64,000 nucleotides of DNA, from the NCBI RefSeq assembly GCF_006345805.1, contig NC_042998.1:173972001-174036000 (forward strand), given 5' to 3'. The stretch comes from Octopus sinensis (Eukaryota). The position numbers and the translations under genes are program-made. Under the pieces are notes generated by a model that was given only the letters and a program-made list of their open reading frames with translations, did no database searches and was not told where the DNA came from. Below, one piece after another: positions 23,626 through 38,759 of this stretch (position 1 is the first letter of the stretch; each line of letters starts with the position of its first letter).

Positions 23626-25184
23626 CATATATGTGGGTGTGTGCTTGCAAGCGTGCGGGTGTATGCGTGTCTAATTTTCACGTAAGATATTTCCCATGAC
23701 CAGACATGTTTTCATGATACCAACAGTCTAATTCGAAAACGAAACTTTGGAAGTCTCAATAATGTAAAATGAATAGATATAAGAGCACTAATAAGACCAT
23801 TAAAAAAAGATTCACAAGGAAATGAGGAAAATACTAAAGACCAAAATTGAACACTTTCATATATGCTTAAACGAAAAGCTATTTGTTCTCTATTAACAAA
23901 AACATGTGTATGTGTGCGTGTGTGTGCATGTGCGTGAGTGTGCGTGTGCTTGTGTGTGTGTCTGCATATATGTGCGTTTGTGTGTCTAACTACATGTTTT
24001 GTGCATACCTGTTTAAATTGGTACTAACACCAAGAAATGTAACATAGTCGTTCGATAATTTACAGATCGATAAAGTAAGCAATTCACTGACGATACATCG
24101 AAGAGGCCAGGGAACAGAAGAAAGAAGACATGCACCCAACACCGGAGCTGGAGACACCTCCGAAAGTGGGGGGGGGCACCACGTCAAAACGGTAGAGGAG
24201 TAGGGGCCGAAACCGGACGTGGTTCCTCCTGATGATGTCTTGAGCTAACTGGATCCTATAAAGGAGCTGTTGTGGTAGCAGACCATGAAACACGGTTGTA
24301 ATTCCTCAGTACTGGTGTTGATATGAACGTCTAAAACCGTATTTCACAAGTGTTACTCCAGCACGGCCGCAGTTCAGATACTGAAACCAATGAAACAATG
24401 AAAGGATTATATATTGCCCAGATAATTAACTGTCTTTGAATTGCTTGTTTTGTGTTTTGCATGCGATTTACTATTTACATTAAGCTGGTTATTTAAGAGA
24501 TTTACAAAACAGAAACGGAAATATACAAATTTACAACTCAGCAGCGTCACACAGATTTAATTTTATCGAATATAACTTGGGCTTCTTGTGTAATTTGCCT
24601 CTAACTTTATTTTATTATTCCGGCCATAGAACAAGATATACTAATGGGATGTGCATTGATCTTAGAGAATGAATACTTGTAAAGAAAGGCAACAGATATA
24701 TTGTGATATTGATATGTCTGGAAGAATTCAATATCAAGTATATCTTCTGGTTTCCTGGAATTGATAAAAGTTACATGAAGCATGATCTGCATAATTTCTT
24801 GATGGTATCGTTGTTCTTTGATGACGAAGTGGATAGTTATAGCAAACATTGCTGATGATGATGAAGAGAAGCTGGTGGTGGTGGTGGTGAAAGGGTTCAC
24901 AATGATGATGATGACGATGATAATGATGATGATGGAGGTGGTGGTGTTGGTGGTGTGTGTGTATCCATGTGTGTGCATGATGGTAATGGTAAGGAGGAGG
25001 AACTTGATGATGCTGGGTGTTGAGTAAGACGATGACGCCAACTACGACGACGGCAAATATGGAAAGGAGGAAGAAATGCAGCTGTGGAGGAGGGTTTTGA
25101 TGATATTGATAAGTTCTTTTTTCTGAAAATCAGTCTCACAACACCAACAATAACAACAACAATAATAATAATAATAATAATGAT

Positions 25185-25712
<528 letters not shown>

Positions 25713-26470
25713 AAACCCTGATGGAGTACCAGGCAGTGGCTCGCAAGGCTTCTGATCTTAACTGATTGGAAGTGTTATCATGTGCATTGTTTTGTCTTGG
25801 TATAAAAGATGGGCTGCAGCAAATATTCTGCTCAATACCATAGATTTGCTTGTCAGTTGATTGACCTTAACCAGTTGAGCATGTCTCTTAGTGGCTGACG
25901 ATATGTGCATCTCTGATCACGAGCAGATGTTGCGGGGGAGCATCATAGCCATGTGTTGAGAGGGATTCTTTGGGGTTTGAATAATTCACCTCTGGAAACA
26001 TGGGTGTTTCGTTCAACATCCTTAAACAACCCTTATTCAGGGACCTTTTGAGTGGGATAGGTTAATCGAACAGAAGAAATTTTTAACTGGGTCCCACCTG
26101 CAAGATCATGCGCTGTTTATCTTGATAATAGATCACCATGTCGCGCACATATGGTTGTGATGCATGTGCCTAGTGTACCCTTATCAGACGGGTAGTCATG
26201 ATGGGTATACTGAGCTTCCAGAAGCAGAATGTGTGGTGAGAGGAGTGAAACGGCATGGCACACCGTTTGCCCGAAATTGGCACAACGCGAATATAAACGA
26301 CGTTATGACAATGTGGCAAGAATGATCTATTGGGAGCTCTGTGGAAATCACGGCCTAAAAAGACCAAAGACGTGGTATGAGAATCCCCAGAAGATGTCAC
26401 CGAAAATGACAAATACAAAATACTGTGGGAAGTAATGATCCAGTGCGATCACCTGACCAGACATAGTGCT
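25713..26470 (+). mobile_element. About 500-bp non-coding block joined to an R4/Dong CCHC-knuckle fragment
   Basis: 26225-26468 encodes CRMCGERSETAWH.VCPKLAQREYKRRYDNVARMIYWELCGNHGL..WYE and ENDKYKILWEVMIQCDHLTRH. The upstream block starts right after (TAA)n and may be a 5' UTR. Confidence 0.7.
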
Positions 26471-26592
26471 TTCAAACTTGTCGATCACTTTCGCCATACC
26501 AACCTGACAAAGAACATAAACGTATGATATCCTATCAGTGGCTACAGGAGACACTCTGTATTAAAACATTCAACTCGAGTATCAACAAAATA

Positions 26593-27152
26593 TAGGGTTG
26601 TCCGGAAAGTTCGTGCCGATTTTTAAAGGAAAGAAAAAGGTCAATAAATACTTGCCATTACATTTTAAATCAACCAAATATGAACCATTTTGTTGCACAA
26701 TGCATCTCCATCGTTAACTTTAAAATACCCTCTTCCCAGAATTGAGGTGGTTTCATGGCAAAGAATTCATCAAGGTATCTTTTTACGTCATCCAAGGAAT
26801 TGAAATTTTTACCATTAAAACTATTCTGCAGAGACCTGAATAACTGAAAATCCAAAGGAGTAATATCTGGTGAATATGGAGGATGAATAACACATCCCAA
26901 CCGAGCTGCAGCAATTTTTGTCTGGTTCCCAAAGCATAAAGCGCCGAAAATGAACTTTCTTATCCTCCATTTTAAAGGGTTACAGAATTAACACAGTTTA
27001 TAGGGACATAAACCTTCTTCCATGAAGAGAAAGCTTAAACTGTGCTCTAAATGGAGGTGTTGTCAAATCCTATTTTATGGACACAACCATGTTCTAAAAT
27101 AAGTCGAAAGGTAAGCTACTATAAATCGGCCCGAACTTCCCGGACAACCCAA
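26593..27152 (-). mobile_element. Internally deleted mariner (560 bp)
   Basis: TIRs GGGTTGTCCGGAAAGTTCGTGCCGATTT / AAATCGGCCCGAACTTCCCGGACAACCC, TA on both sides; encodes HPPYSPDITPLDFQLFRSLQNSFNGKNF. Confidence 0.92.
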
Positions 27153-27399
27153 TACATCACCCCATACCATGATAAAATGCAGAGGGTCATATTGTTGCAA
27201 AGGGAACATATTCAAACATTTCTTTATGTCCATAGCAACTCTTTTAGTGAGACATTGTCTGTCTACTCTTTTACTTAATATTGATTTAATTGACAAATAC
27301 AGCTATAAGGGTACACATTTTTACTTATATCCAGTATATGAAGAAATATAATATTTACAAAGAAAAATACTGAGTTGAAAACTTTTTAACATTAAAAAT

Positions 27400-28150
27400 G
27401 AATTATTAACGACAGAAGCAGTAATTTTGCGATTCCCTAAAAGTAGTTTTATTGAAACAAAATTTGCCTATGTGGATTGTTTCCTCTCCATTTCGGACCA
27501 CTTTATTTGCCATAAGACTTTCTTCCTATTATTCACAGTGATGTGCTTAGCCGAGCTATTGTATTAATAACTCCTTGTAATAAAAGGACAGTAAAGACAT
27601 CTTATGGCTTTGTAAAGATCAGTTGGATTGGTCCATATAAATATTGTATTATCTTGTTTCTTCACAATCTTCAAATCTCGAAAACCAGGTTAATTGTTTC
27701 TTGAATGCTATAATACTATTTAACTCTATAGATTTTAATCTTCTTAATGCTTCAGGATTTCGTCTTAATGCTTCAGGATTTCTTCTTGGCATATGTATAA
27801 CTGGTGCTATTTAGATCATCAAAAGCAAGTCTTTATTCCCCTTCAAGAATATTATAACCTTCAAATATATCTGCAAACTTTTCTGATACATTTGAAATAT
27901 TTGATGTTATTTGTGTTGTAAGTTATATATCCCTTTGAAGTAAGTTAGGATTTATTTAATCTTCACCGCTAAGCATTGGTTTCTTAATTAAGGTAATCAC
28001 AATGAAGCACATTGAATTAGTGCAATCGCTTTAAGCAACAGTGATAATTACTTCTCTTGCAAGTGTCATTGTATGCTCTACAAAGGACTATAGGATAAGC
28101 AATACGTTTGGATAATTTTTTCAGCAACAGCCAGTATTATACACCTAAGG
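27400..28150 (-). mobile_element. Decayed Ty3/gypsy pol fragment (protease-RT junction)
   Basis: EKFADIFEGYNILEGE, APVIHMPRRNPEALR, DPTDLYKAIR resemble F.DVFEG.G.LPGEY..PVIHAPRRVPVALR..CLDPTDLNKAI. Confidence 0.65.
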
Positions 28151-28859
28151 CTAATAATATTCTTGTTTACTTACCATCAATTGACAATCTATCATAGCCG
28201 CAGTGAGTGGCCACCACCTAGTATGACTACAAACCATTTTGAGAGTGTGTCCATATCGACCATAATCTTTATGAAATACACTCCCTTCCCTGTAAGAATT
28301 TAGAGAAGCATGTTATAAAATTACATTACATTATACTTCGCTAATTATGTTTATATTTTACAAATAATTTTATGTAGAAAACATCAAAATATTTGAAATC
28401 ATTTTGATTATTTTCTTAAAGAGGTCTCTTTAGACAACCAGTGATAGCTGAATTGCTTGAATATGGCTGTTTTGAGTTTTGCAGACTTTTATTTATAACA
28501 GGTAATTCATTAAAAGTAAAACTAATGAATGACAATAAATATGAATCTTTGACAAGAAAAGAAAGGAGACTTCATAACTGCTTATGTGTATTTATTGCTT
28601 TTGATAGAAATAGTCGAAATAAATGAATGTACTTTAGAAAGTACTCAAGCAATTATAAATGTCAGTGATTTTTAAAAGTCAATTGAAAAATAATAATGTG
28701 TAAATAGTATTGCACTTTATAAGTACCATAAATATAATTGATACCAATGATTTTAAACAAGAAAATACAAAAATAACATCAGTTACCAATTATATTATAT
28801 CTTAATATCTTAATAATGAGAAAGAAGAAACGTGAACAATTATAAAAGAAAAAAATAAA

Positions 28860-29700
28860 AGACAGGAAAATAAATACTAAACACTTTTCTTGCTGCGCCA
28901 CCAACGACATATACTTTATATCAGAATTGAATTAGAATGATTTGAGAGATTTGCGTACAATTCTGGTTTCAATAGTAAGGCGACTCTTGTAATTAGTCTT
29001 AATAAAATTTATCATAGAAGACAATGTCTCAAGACTATTTCGATGAAAACATTGTTACTATTGCCAATGTATGATTTGCAGTAAACATTTCAGGGATGTA
29101 AATTCAGAGATGCGCCTTCTGCATTTTCTACAATATTCCTGGCACGAGTGTTCTAATTTAGATGTCAAGTCAGCAAATATTTGTCGCTAAATTGAATTAC
29201 TTTGTAAAATGACCATTCGCATCTCGGAATTTTTCAAATGAATTCCCTGCAATATTTCTGAATCCAGCTAATCTAAAGATACTCCACTCGGCTCACTTAA
29301 TGAATCTTGAGCTATCTTTAAATGACCTGAACTGATTAAATCTTTAAAAAAATCGATCAGTATTTGACTAAATAATTACTTTGGAATTCTCTGAATCTCG
29401 ATTTTCTAATGAATCTTAAGATCAACTATGTGCTTTTTTTAAATTTTGAAAAAATTGAATGTAACAATTTCATTTCAAAGGCTTTTATGTACTCAAACAT
29501 AACATCAAATGTTTTGATACATCGCTGTAAACTGCTGTTTAAATCATTTAGAAGTGACGAGAATCTGTAAAATTAAACATTAATCTAGAAATCCACACGA
29601 TTTTTTCGTCTGGAGTAGATGTATTTCATGCAAACACTAAACAAAATTTTAACGACAAATCCTTGATTAAGCTTGCGAGCAGAGTTGTCCTATGTACTGT
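28860..29700 (-). mobile_element. Decayed hAT (Charlie/SPIN-like) transposase remnant
   Basis: LNDLNSSLQRCIKTFDVMFEYIKAFEMKL, FADLTSKLE, IPEMF..LAIVTMFSS, SMIKFIKTNYKSRLT (dimerisation-domain-like). Confidence 0.7.
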
Positions 29701-30944
29701 GATTTTAACCGGACCAATAAATTCAGAAATTGTCTTTTACTGAGAGTGTGCGAGGAAAGAGTTACAATTTTCATCACATATTCAGGTTCATCAATACCAG
29801 CTTTTGTATACCTCATGTATAATACAATCTATACCTCATGTATAATACAATGTAAGGCTGCCAGTTGATGTCGAGTGTATCCAATAAAGGAGAAAGCGAA
29901 ATTGAAATGACTGTTTTGGAGAAGAAGATGCAACGTCTCAGACAGACACGTTCTTTAGGGTAAAGATGACAGGAGAGAAATAAAAGAAAGACATTAGAGT
30001 TTCATATCATATTCTACGTTTGAGAAACCGGATGCAGCTGACGAGGAACGCAGGACAACGTGAGCATGCATATGCAGACAGGAAATAAGAAGATAAATGT
30101 CTGAACGAGGAAAACGGAAAGAGAAATTAGAAGATAAATGTCTGAACGAGGAACACGGAAAGAGAAATTAGAAGAGGCTGTGATGGACATGAAAATGGCT
30201 GCAAAAGAAATTTGTGTTAAGAATACGAGTAGAATATCGCAAAGCGATATAGTGACAGATAGGAGAGAAGGAGAAGGCAGGAGAGAAGCAGTGAGACAGG
30301 AGATATTTTTTCATGATGTGGTGCAAATTCTGATTGAGAAATTTTAAATTAGGCGTTGTAAAATATTTACAGAAGTCGCTTGTCAACGTGTTAGACACAC
30401 CATCGCTGTCACAGAAGCTATTTTCGAAAAGTCAATTTGTCAGTTAGATCATTCGACTACTCTTGCTTTGCATGGTTCAACTCCAGAGTATACTAAAGTG
30501 AAGTTCTGGAATTAACTAGTCCTGCGTATATTCCTTCGAAAACCGAGGCCATTTTCGTAAGGAGTATAAGCTGATGGCATGCGGTGTGCTTTCGCTAATT
30601 ATTTTAGGTGCCTATGTATTCGTGAGGAAACATAAACTACCGTCCATACAAATTGAGCAATACTAGCTAACCGAGATTTGAAACGTTCTCATCTTAAATG
30701 CATAGAAACAGAATTTATATGAACCGATATCTTTTATTAGCTGTTTTGTTATGTTTACTATTTGTTTCTGCTCACCTGTAAATCCCGAATGTGCTAAATA
30801 TCTTTACCTTTTCTGGAATACTGTCACAAATGAATGGAGTATACTCTAACCATCATTTTTAATAGACTCCCTATCATTAAGTGACTTTCGATTTTGAGCG
30901 ATAATCTTTGAAATGCCAAAAATATCAGCAACTATAATTGGAAA

Positions 30945-31175
30945 GCAAGAAACATATTTCATTTATAATATCTTTTCAGTTGTTGCATTGACTGTGCAAA
31001 ATGCCTTTGTTGATTGAGGCAGCATATCAGATCGACATTTTTATTGAATGTCGGCTAGCTAGTGATAAAGGTACTTTCAAATTGTCTTTCTTTTCCTTGC
31101 TTAATATAATAGATAAAACGGATAGATGAAAACTTTTAGTTTCTTGGGTAATATCTCCGCGTAATAAAACATATT
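30945..31175 (+). repeat. About 220-bp direct repeat, copy 1
   Basis: TTTCATTTATAATATCTTTTCAGTTGTTGCATT..GCGTAATAAA.CATA recurs at 34205-34418, roughly 90% identical by eye. Confidence 0.9.
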
Positions 31176-34001
31176 TCCTCAAATATTTATAGCTTTATCT
31201 TCTTCTCGAAAAGATGTGTTCTCTATTTTTCTCTCTTTTAAGACAATGGCGACTATAAATAGTTTCGTGTTGCTACTTTACGGAAGAAATCCAACACAGA
31301 ACCCTTTCAGAACATACGCTGTATGATGCGTTATCGCATATTTTGGTAATGCTAAATCTTTCACTTCATATTTCTTGAAAATTTATGTTCCTCCTCCATT
31401 CGAATGGCCATTTTCGTTTCTTTGCAGATTCAGCTAATATTCTGATGCTAAAGTGGAAAATGCAATCTAAAAGTATTTTCACCGATAAACATAAATATAA
31501 GAATATAACTCACAGTGACAGACTACTCTAAATTCAATACAACTGGTTAAATTATCATAACTTCCCGGGCTCTTTTATATAGTTTCAAAGCTAAATTTCA
31601 CAAAAGATAATTAATGAGTAACGCCCAAGCAGAGAAATCTTAAAGCAACATATATTTGTAATACTTATGCACACAAATTTTAATAAAAGCTTGCTTGTTA
31701 TAGGCTCGTCCTAGAATTTATAACAATGCGCTATTTTAATATTGTGATTAATATGTAATACAGTAAAAGTATTCTGAATTTATAAAGAAAAGTTTATAAT
31801 ATTTTATATCATTACACTCATCAAACTCTGTAGCTGAAGTTTTATATCACACTAAATAGACAAAAATGGGGAAGAAAAGTTAAATTGTATTGGTAAAACA
31901 TACAAAATTTGTATGTGATGATTTTGATCTTGATCCTATGCGAATATCAATATTAATCAGGAAAATTCTTGACGATTAATAAAGTAGACAATGGGAAAAC
32001 CATTTATGAAATAATATAGCACTTCTCTTAAAGAGCCTCACGTAAGTAAAAAGCAAACATGGTTATTGTGTCAAAAGAAAATGAAATTATTAAGGAATGA
32101 ACATCTTCGTAAACAGTGAAACAGTAAAGTATGAAATGACCAGAAGTATTATGTTTTTACTAGGAACGATTTGTAGATGATTTCATGCTAACATTTAAAT
32201 TGATTTACAGAATCTGACGTACAGTTAGTTATTTAATGAGTATCTTTTATCCAGTCAGGAATACAAACTGTGTTGAATCGCGGTGGAATTGTGCACAAAA
32301 AATAAGTGAGGAATAGGTACGCATTACACACAATTACTCTTATATTATAGTTGAGTTTATGCGACTTTAAAATTGCTTTACGTCTAGGAAAACACTTTTA
32401 CTATCATGGAACCCTGAAACGAAGAAACACTCACGACAGACATTTGCAACAATATGGGATGCAGTCATGCAGATAAAGTGAGATGCAGAGAGAGAGACAC
32501 AGAGAGAAGGAAGTAAAATGAAAAACAGCAAGACACAAAAAACAGTAAAAGAGAATGGAGAGGAAAAGTCACATATTGTTTGTTAAGTTAAAATACATTT
32601 CCATCTATTCAAACAGCTTCTTCTCGTAGCCTGATCTTATAATACTAGAATTCAAATACGTTTAGGTATTACAGGCAAAGCTACTCTCAGAATTTCTAAT
32701 TATATAGAGACTTTCTTTTTTTAAAAAAAATGAAATCAACTTTGAAAACCTCATAGGATTTGCGAGCAACAAGGCTCATATTATGATTGGAAGCAAATGA
32801 GGAATTCAAAATCTTTCAAATCTGAAAACTCCCCAAAGCGTCATACAGCCTTCGTCTCGCTATTCATTGCACTTTCGTATGTTGAAGTATCTCAATTGAA
32901 CTGTCACTTATTTTGAAGAGTTGGCTATAAATATTCTTTTATATTTGTGCAGAGGAACTAAGCGCCTAATTAATTGTGAAGAATTTCAAAACATTAAGAA
33001 CATCAATGAATTCCTCAAAAAGAAATATTAAAAACTAATAATAATTCTATATGAATAGAATTAATGTTTACAGTGATCAATATTTGTCAGGATAGCCGAC
33101 ATTTATACTGGTGCTAATTTAGAAGGCATGTATCTGGATAATTCATTAAAAAATCTCTCCCAAAGAATTATAAAAATTTTTATTAAATATTTTAAATCTC
33201 TATGCTTGCCTTATTCAACAAATAATTTAAGTCTTTGCTAATTTAGAGTGACTTAAGGCGTTGAACATAAAAATATTACTGAGAGAGGGCAAAATATCCT
33301 TATTCTATTAGTGACGATATTTTCCAATAAAGCCATGAACAAATTAGTAAAGAAGGAAGGAAGTTAATACTCTAAGAACATCTCGTAATGCAGAAAAAAA
33401 GCATATGAAAAATGTAGGCTTAATATGTCCAGACAAATATGAACCGAATATCGTTTTATTTTGTCAATTAAGGATTAAATGTCTTTCACTGCTTCATACT
33501 TAAGCAGTTATAAAGTATGGCCCTTTGAAAACATTCACCTTAAGTTTATTAATATTAACTAAGTTATTATTCAAGGGCATTAACCGCATGAATTAGCGTC
33601 TATCCCATTATAACTGCATTTGGAGGAAATAAATATATTGGTATAATAATGAAGCAGCTGATGACGAATTTGTGGTTAAATATAAGGTTAATATATTTTT
33701 CTCTAAAGTGGCTTTCAGTTTTGTTATATGAATATATAAAATTTGATTAAATTTTGTTTTTGACATCTTTCACGATAAAGTTTGTCTCTGTTACAACAAA
33801 AATGTTAGCAGCTGTACTTCTGATAGAAACGTAATTTTACTTTGTTCAGTAAACAAAATGGTGCCCCTAATATTCTTGATAAAATTCATTTTTGAACAGC
33901 ACACAAAAGAGTTTCTTCTATTTTCATTATGCATTAGCATAACCACTTTCTCCTTTTCTGCTTCTACAGAAAATTTGGTTGGCGAAGAAAGGCAGCTTTA
34001 C

Positions 34002-34061
34002 GTGATACAGTTCTGCCAAAATTGCGTCTCCAATAGCAACATGTTCAAGTCCAATATCTTT
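34002..34061 (-). CDS. Candidate internal coding exon of an unidentified gene, KDIGLEHVAIGDAILAELYH
   Basis: Acceptor ttctttattttcgtattaaacag, 60 nt, donor CAC|gtaaag; strongly coding-like codon pattern (G at position 1, T at position 3). A second frame is also open. Confidence 0.6.
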
Positions 34062-34204
34062 CTGTTTAATACGAAAATAAAGAAGGTCGTATATGTGTGT
34101 GAAAAAATGTGTGTTGTTATTGTACCACCATCATTGTCATTCCTGCCTGAGTTCTCAAATAAACTGTAATATGTTTCAAAAAGTCTTGGTATTGGATGCT
34201 TGTT

Positions 34205-34418
34205 TTTCATTTATAATATCTTTTCAGTTGTTGCATTCAGTGTGCAAAATGCCTTTGTTGATTGAGGCAGCATATCAGATCGACATTTTTATTGAATGTC
34301 GGCTAGTGAGAAAGGTACTTTCAAAATGTCTTTCTTTTCCTTGCTTAATATAATAGATAAAGCGGATAGATGAAAACGTTTAGCTTCTTGGGCAATACCT
34401 CTGCGTAATAAAGCATAA
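34205..34418 (+). repeat. About 220-bp direct repeat, copy 2
   Basis: See 30945-31175. Confidence 0.9.
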
Positions 34419-35059
34419 ATATTATCCAACTTTTGCGAAACTGGTCAACATATAATCCACAAACTGGAATACAAATAATAAACGTCATACAAAAGGCAAA
34501 ACAACAGTAATTGTTTTTGGTTTAGAACTCAAATATAGTGATTCTAAGTTGAGAGAAATAATCGATACCACTGGTCCCAATACTTGACAAGTACTTCATT
34601 TTATCAGCCCCGAAAAGAAGAAAGTTAAACTTGACGTAACTTTGAAATCAGAACATAATGAATCGAAACAAATACCACATGCTCTTACGATTCTGCCAGC
34701 TCACATAGACACAAGCGCTTGAAAGATACGCTAAAATGATATGTGTTAAACAGGGGACTTAGGAATGCATGTGGATTGGGACAAAAGATAAGTTATATAA
34801 GCGATGTAAAAATATGAATTATTTAAGCGATGTAAGACGTTATACAATAAATAGAGACACGTTTGAGAATCTGTGGAAAACAATTAATCACATACATTAA
34901 TTGAAAGATTATAAAACAATCCTAATTTAAAACTGTTAGCATTGCGCCAAAAATTTGAAACCATTATTTATAGCTTTATCTTCTTCGAGATCCACCTTAA
35001 ACACGATTTATTATACATGCACACGCACGTAAGCTGACACAGAGCGGCAGGTATATAAC

Positions 35060-35167
35060 TAGACAGACAGACAATCAAACAGACAGACAGACAGGCAGGC
35101 AGGCAGGCAGGCAGACAGACAGACAGAGACACGCAGGCAGGCAGGCAGATAGATAGATAGATAGATG

Positions 35168-35262
<95 letters not shown>
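35060..35262. repeat. (GACA)(GGCA)(GATA)n compound tetranucleotide repeat
   Basis: Read directly. Confidence 0.95.
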
Positions 35263-35263
<1 letters not shown>

Positions 35264-38200
35264 TGTGTGTGGTGCATAAATGAATAAACGAAAAGATTCC
35301 CCAGTATGTTGTACAAAACACGTGCTTAATCAGACATCCATCTATAAATGAACCTTAGCTGCAAGTATCATAATACATGGATCATCATTATTTGTTAGTG
35401 AGCCTGATTCTCCCAAACCGAACCTGATCACATGTTAACATTGTTGTAGTTATGCCACCGTATGTCAAGTGGTTGTTTGAAACATGCCTTTTTACAACAA
35501 AGTTAGATCGCTGAGGAGAAGCACAACTCGTAATATAAATTGACTAAACAACCCCTGTAATTTAGAAGTCACTGCAAATATTGCGAACTTATTTCATTTT
35601 CCTTTAAAGGAACAGTTTCTAACTTGCCCAATATAGTACAACTCTGTTTAAAACATATACTGTTAAGGAATGGTAACTTTGCCTACACTATAGCGGGTCA
35701 GTATTACACGTCTTCTTTTACAACAATCGGCTTGCAACTAACAAATCAAGGTGTTGCCTTCACTGACGGGATTTGGTCTTTTTAGGGCTTCTGTATATAT
35801 AATTCCTTACACTCTAGTAGATTTCACGAGCAAATATTTCTATGACTACATACGTTTAAGTGGTAATTAAACATTTATAATTTCGCAGCTAAGTTACATT
35901 GATATTAACATATGAAGGAATTGCGAACCAGTTCTATTACCCATTCAACAGCATACTTCATCATAGCTATGTTGCTATGTACAGATTCACATCTGTCACT
36001 GTAACGATTCGTTCGAAAACAATTTCTGATATAAATTTCGATGTTATATTTGCACATTCGGTGTCAGATTGCCATAAGTTTGACCCAGCTTTAAATATGT
36101 TGATGTGGTTTAGAAGAACAGTCGTAAACTTATTGAACCAGATAGTTATCGATTCCAGCGGAATGGAAGGAAAAATTGATCCCAGCAGGATTTAAACTTT
36201 AAATTCGAAAAGGCTTAACCAAATGCCACAAGATATTTTATCCACCGCGCTACAATGTGTTATACTGGTGTTGTGGTTTGAACTGTCGCCAAACCTGTGA
36301 TCAAGCTTCATTAAAGAACCCAAATGCTAGTATATATTTCCTGGAAAAATAATGAATTACACCAATGTAATTCCCTGAAATGTATTCTTCAAATAACATT
36401 AATGAGGTTCAGCTGTTTATAAATCTCGCATCACAAATCACGCATCATTAATTGTTTCCTTACATTTCTTGCATTTGACAAGCAATTAAAATTTTAGCAA
36501 CGTTAGATTATTTGGAAGCAGACCATGACATAGATTCCGATTAACCATTCTACAAAGCCAGAATATTGATTAGGATCCTCAACGGTCAGCTATTTCAGTT
36601 GCTTCAAATAATGACTAGTATTATTTTCCACAGGTTTTTTGAAAATAGCTTTTGTATACTTGAAAGTATAATCTCATATTTTAGAGATTTCAACACGGAT
36701 GTAATGTATGACTAAATGAGTTTAGTCTGAATAGCCTTCAATTTCAAATTCAATACTCACAATGTTTTCCTCTCACTGCAAATAATAAATTAACTACCAA
36801 TATTTTACTGAATAGTTTATTTTAGATATTAAAACCATCTGAGATAGCGTACTGTTATTTACACAAACAGCATAGCTTTTTAACGTTAATAGTTGAAATG
36901 CAAATGGATATAAGTGAAAGTAACAAAAAGGAATAACTCCAGTATCAAAATTATTTGATGATGCTGACAAGAATAAGTGGATTGCATATTATCCAGAGCA
37001 AATACTTAGAGTAAATGAACAGCAACAAACAACGCAATGCAAGCAACTTATAACAAACAGCCTAGTATTTGCAAAAATAGGATTAAATGCAAATGCATGA
37101 CAGTGTAAATACATTATATGTGGCACACAACGAGTTATAGTGTAAAGAATCTTCGTAGAATATAATTATCTGAAAAAGAACAGCGGATCCTTAGCTTAAC
37201 AATTTAAATGTGTTCTTGACAAAAAAATAGTTAACATTATTATTGCTTATCAGTACCAGTTAATAAGATTATAGGTCACAGAATATTACATTTTTCGAAT
37301 GTGAATATGTGTGTGAGTGGGAGGATAAATATATCTGTTAAATATTTTCAGCTTGCTGTATGTTTTAGACATGTGAAAGACATCAATATGTGCGTGTGTT
37401 TGAGAATTTGAAATGTCATGTGGCGAAGAATCCTGTTGCATTCTTTCCAACATTAGCGAATGATTAGGAAACAATCCTTTACTTAGAAAGACATAGATTC
37501 CAGACGTTGTCTAGAAATAAATAAGTAAAAAATTGTGTAGCTGAATATAGGCAAGGAAAACTGAATCATGTTATTTTGTCAGTTCTCTACAACGTTCCAG
37601 TAACCGCGTCATGAGACAAAGATGAGACAAAAGAAATTAAGATTGGTGATCGATAGTATCATGTCACAAAGGGTTCACCAAAATTGCGATAGCAACTGAT
37701 CAAAACCGTCAGCCGTATATATGTATGTATTTGTGTGTATATATGTCTGTATGCCTATGTTTCAGAAACGATGAGAGAGAGAAACAGAGAGGTGGAAGAG
37801 ACAGATAAACAGACAGAGAATAAGCGTTAGTAAGAAAGATAGAGTGTAAGAAATAGAAATTGAGGAATACCGAATATAAGTTAGTAAGTGAGGAAGATAA
37901 GATAAAAGTTCTGCCGCAGATTGCAACCCCATACTATCCATGAGATTTACTGACAAATATTCGTTTTTAATGAAACTAAAAGCTCTTCCAACAAGGGAAC
38001 CTATACGTAATAGTTCAATTTGCAAGAAACAGTAGTCATTTCTCTCTTAAGTCACACCCTTCTCTCTTAGAAAAGGAGAAAATGTGTTGGATATTGTCCT
38101 CTGAGCAAAATGTATAAAAGGATGGGTTGGGATGGTCCTAGATATCTTTGATAATATGTCTGTTCAATCAGGGTTAGCCTGGGTCTGTACAGCAAAACAA

Positions 38201-38759
38201 TGATAACAATAACATTAGGCAGGCAGTAAGTATACAGTAATAAGCTATAGACTAGGGTAATGAAACATGCCTCAGCTGTGACACTGTACCTTAACTGATT
38301 TCTTCTTTGCAAGTCAGTGTGTGCAGTATGGATTTCAGCTAGGAAAAGTAGGGTATAAATTTAAGAATGGATCACTGAATCCAGGCCACAATGACCTTCA
38401 GTATTTCTCTTTTCCTCAACTTTGTACATAGGCCTCTGAAGCCCTACAAATCGCTCTTGGATACTGCCTTTCCTCTTCTAATGTATAAAACAAAAAATAA
38501 ATTCCATTTCAACAATATCGCCGTTAATATCACTATAATATGAATTCTTCTTTTATTACCATGTCATAAATTTACCAATAAAAGTAAGTATGGAATACCA
38601 TCATGAATAGAAAGCCAATTTGCCAATAGACTTCAGCATCTCCGCTTTCAGCGAAACAGCATATCTACTTTCAGAACATACAACCTGCCTTAGGATAAAT
38701 CCCTGCAGTAATTGACAAATTTATCTATTGACATCATAAACCTTGTGAAATCAGGTTCT

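Noticed and set aside
24180-24260. Type II hammerhead or HDV-like ribozyme (GGCCGAAACC..GGTT..CTGATGA)
   Set aside because: Stem I cannot form, stem II does not pair after CUGAUGA, and no HDV P1 pairing was found.
24607-25041. 144-aa minus-strand ORF
   Set aside because: The first half is trinucleotide repeat; the rest has no recognisable motif or strong splice sites. A coding exon is not excluded.
30980-31075. H/ACA snoRNA (two hairpins with an ATATCA hinge)
   Set aside because: The hairpins are far too short and there is no ACA box.
38300-38750. Decayed LINE RT on the minus strand (DFTRF.., GNWLSIHDGIP)
   Set aside because: The motif matches are too loose to call by eye.
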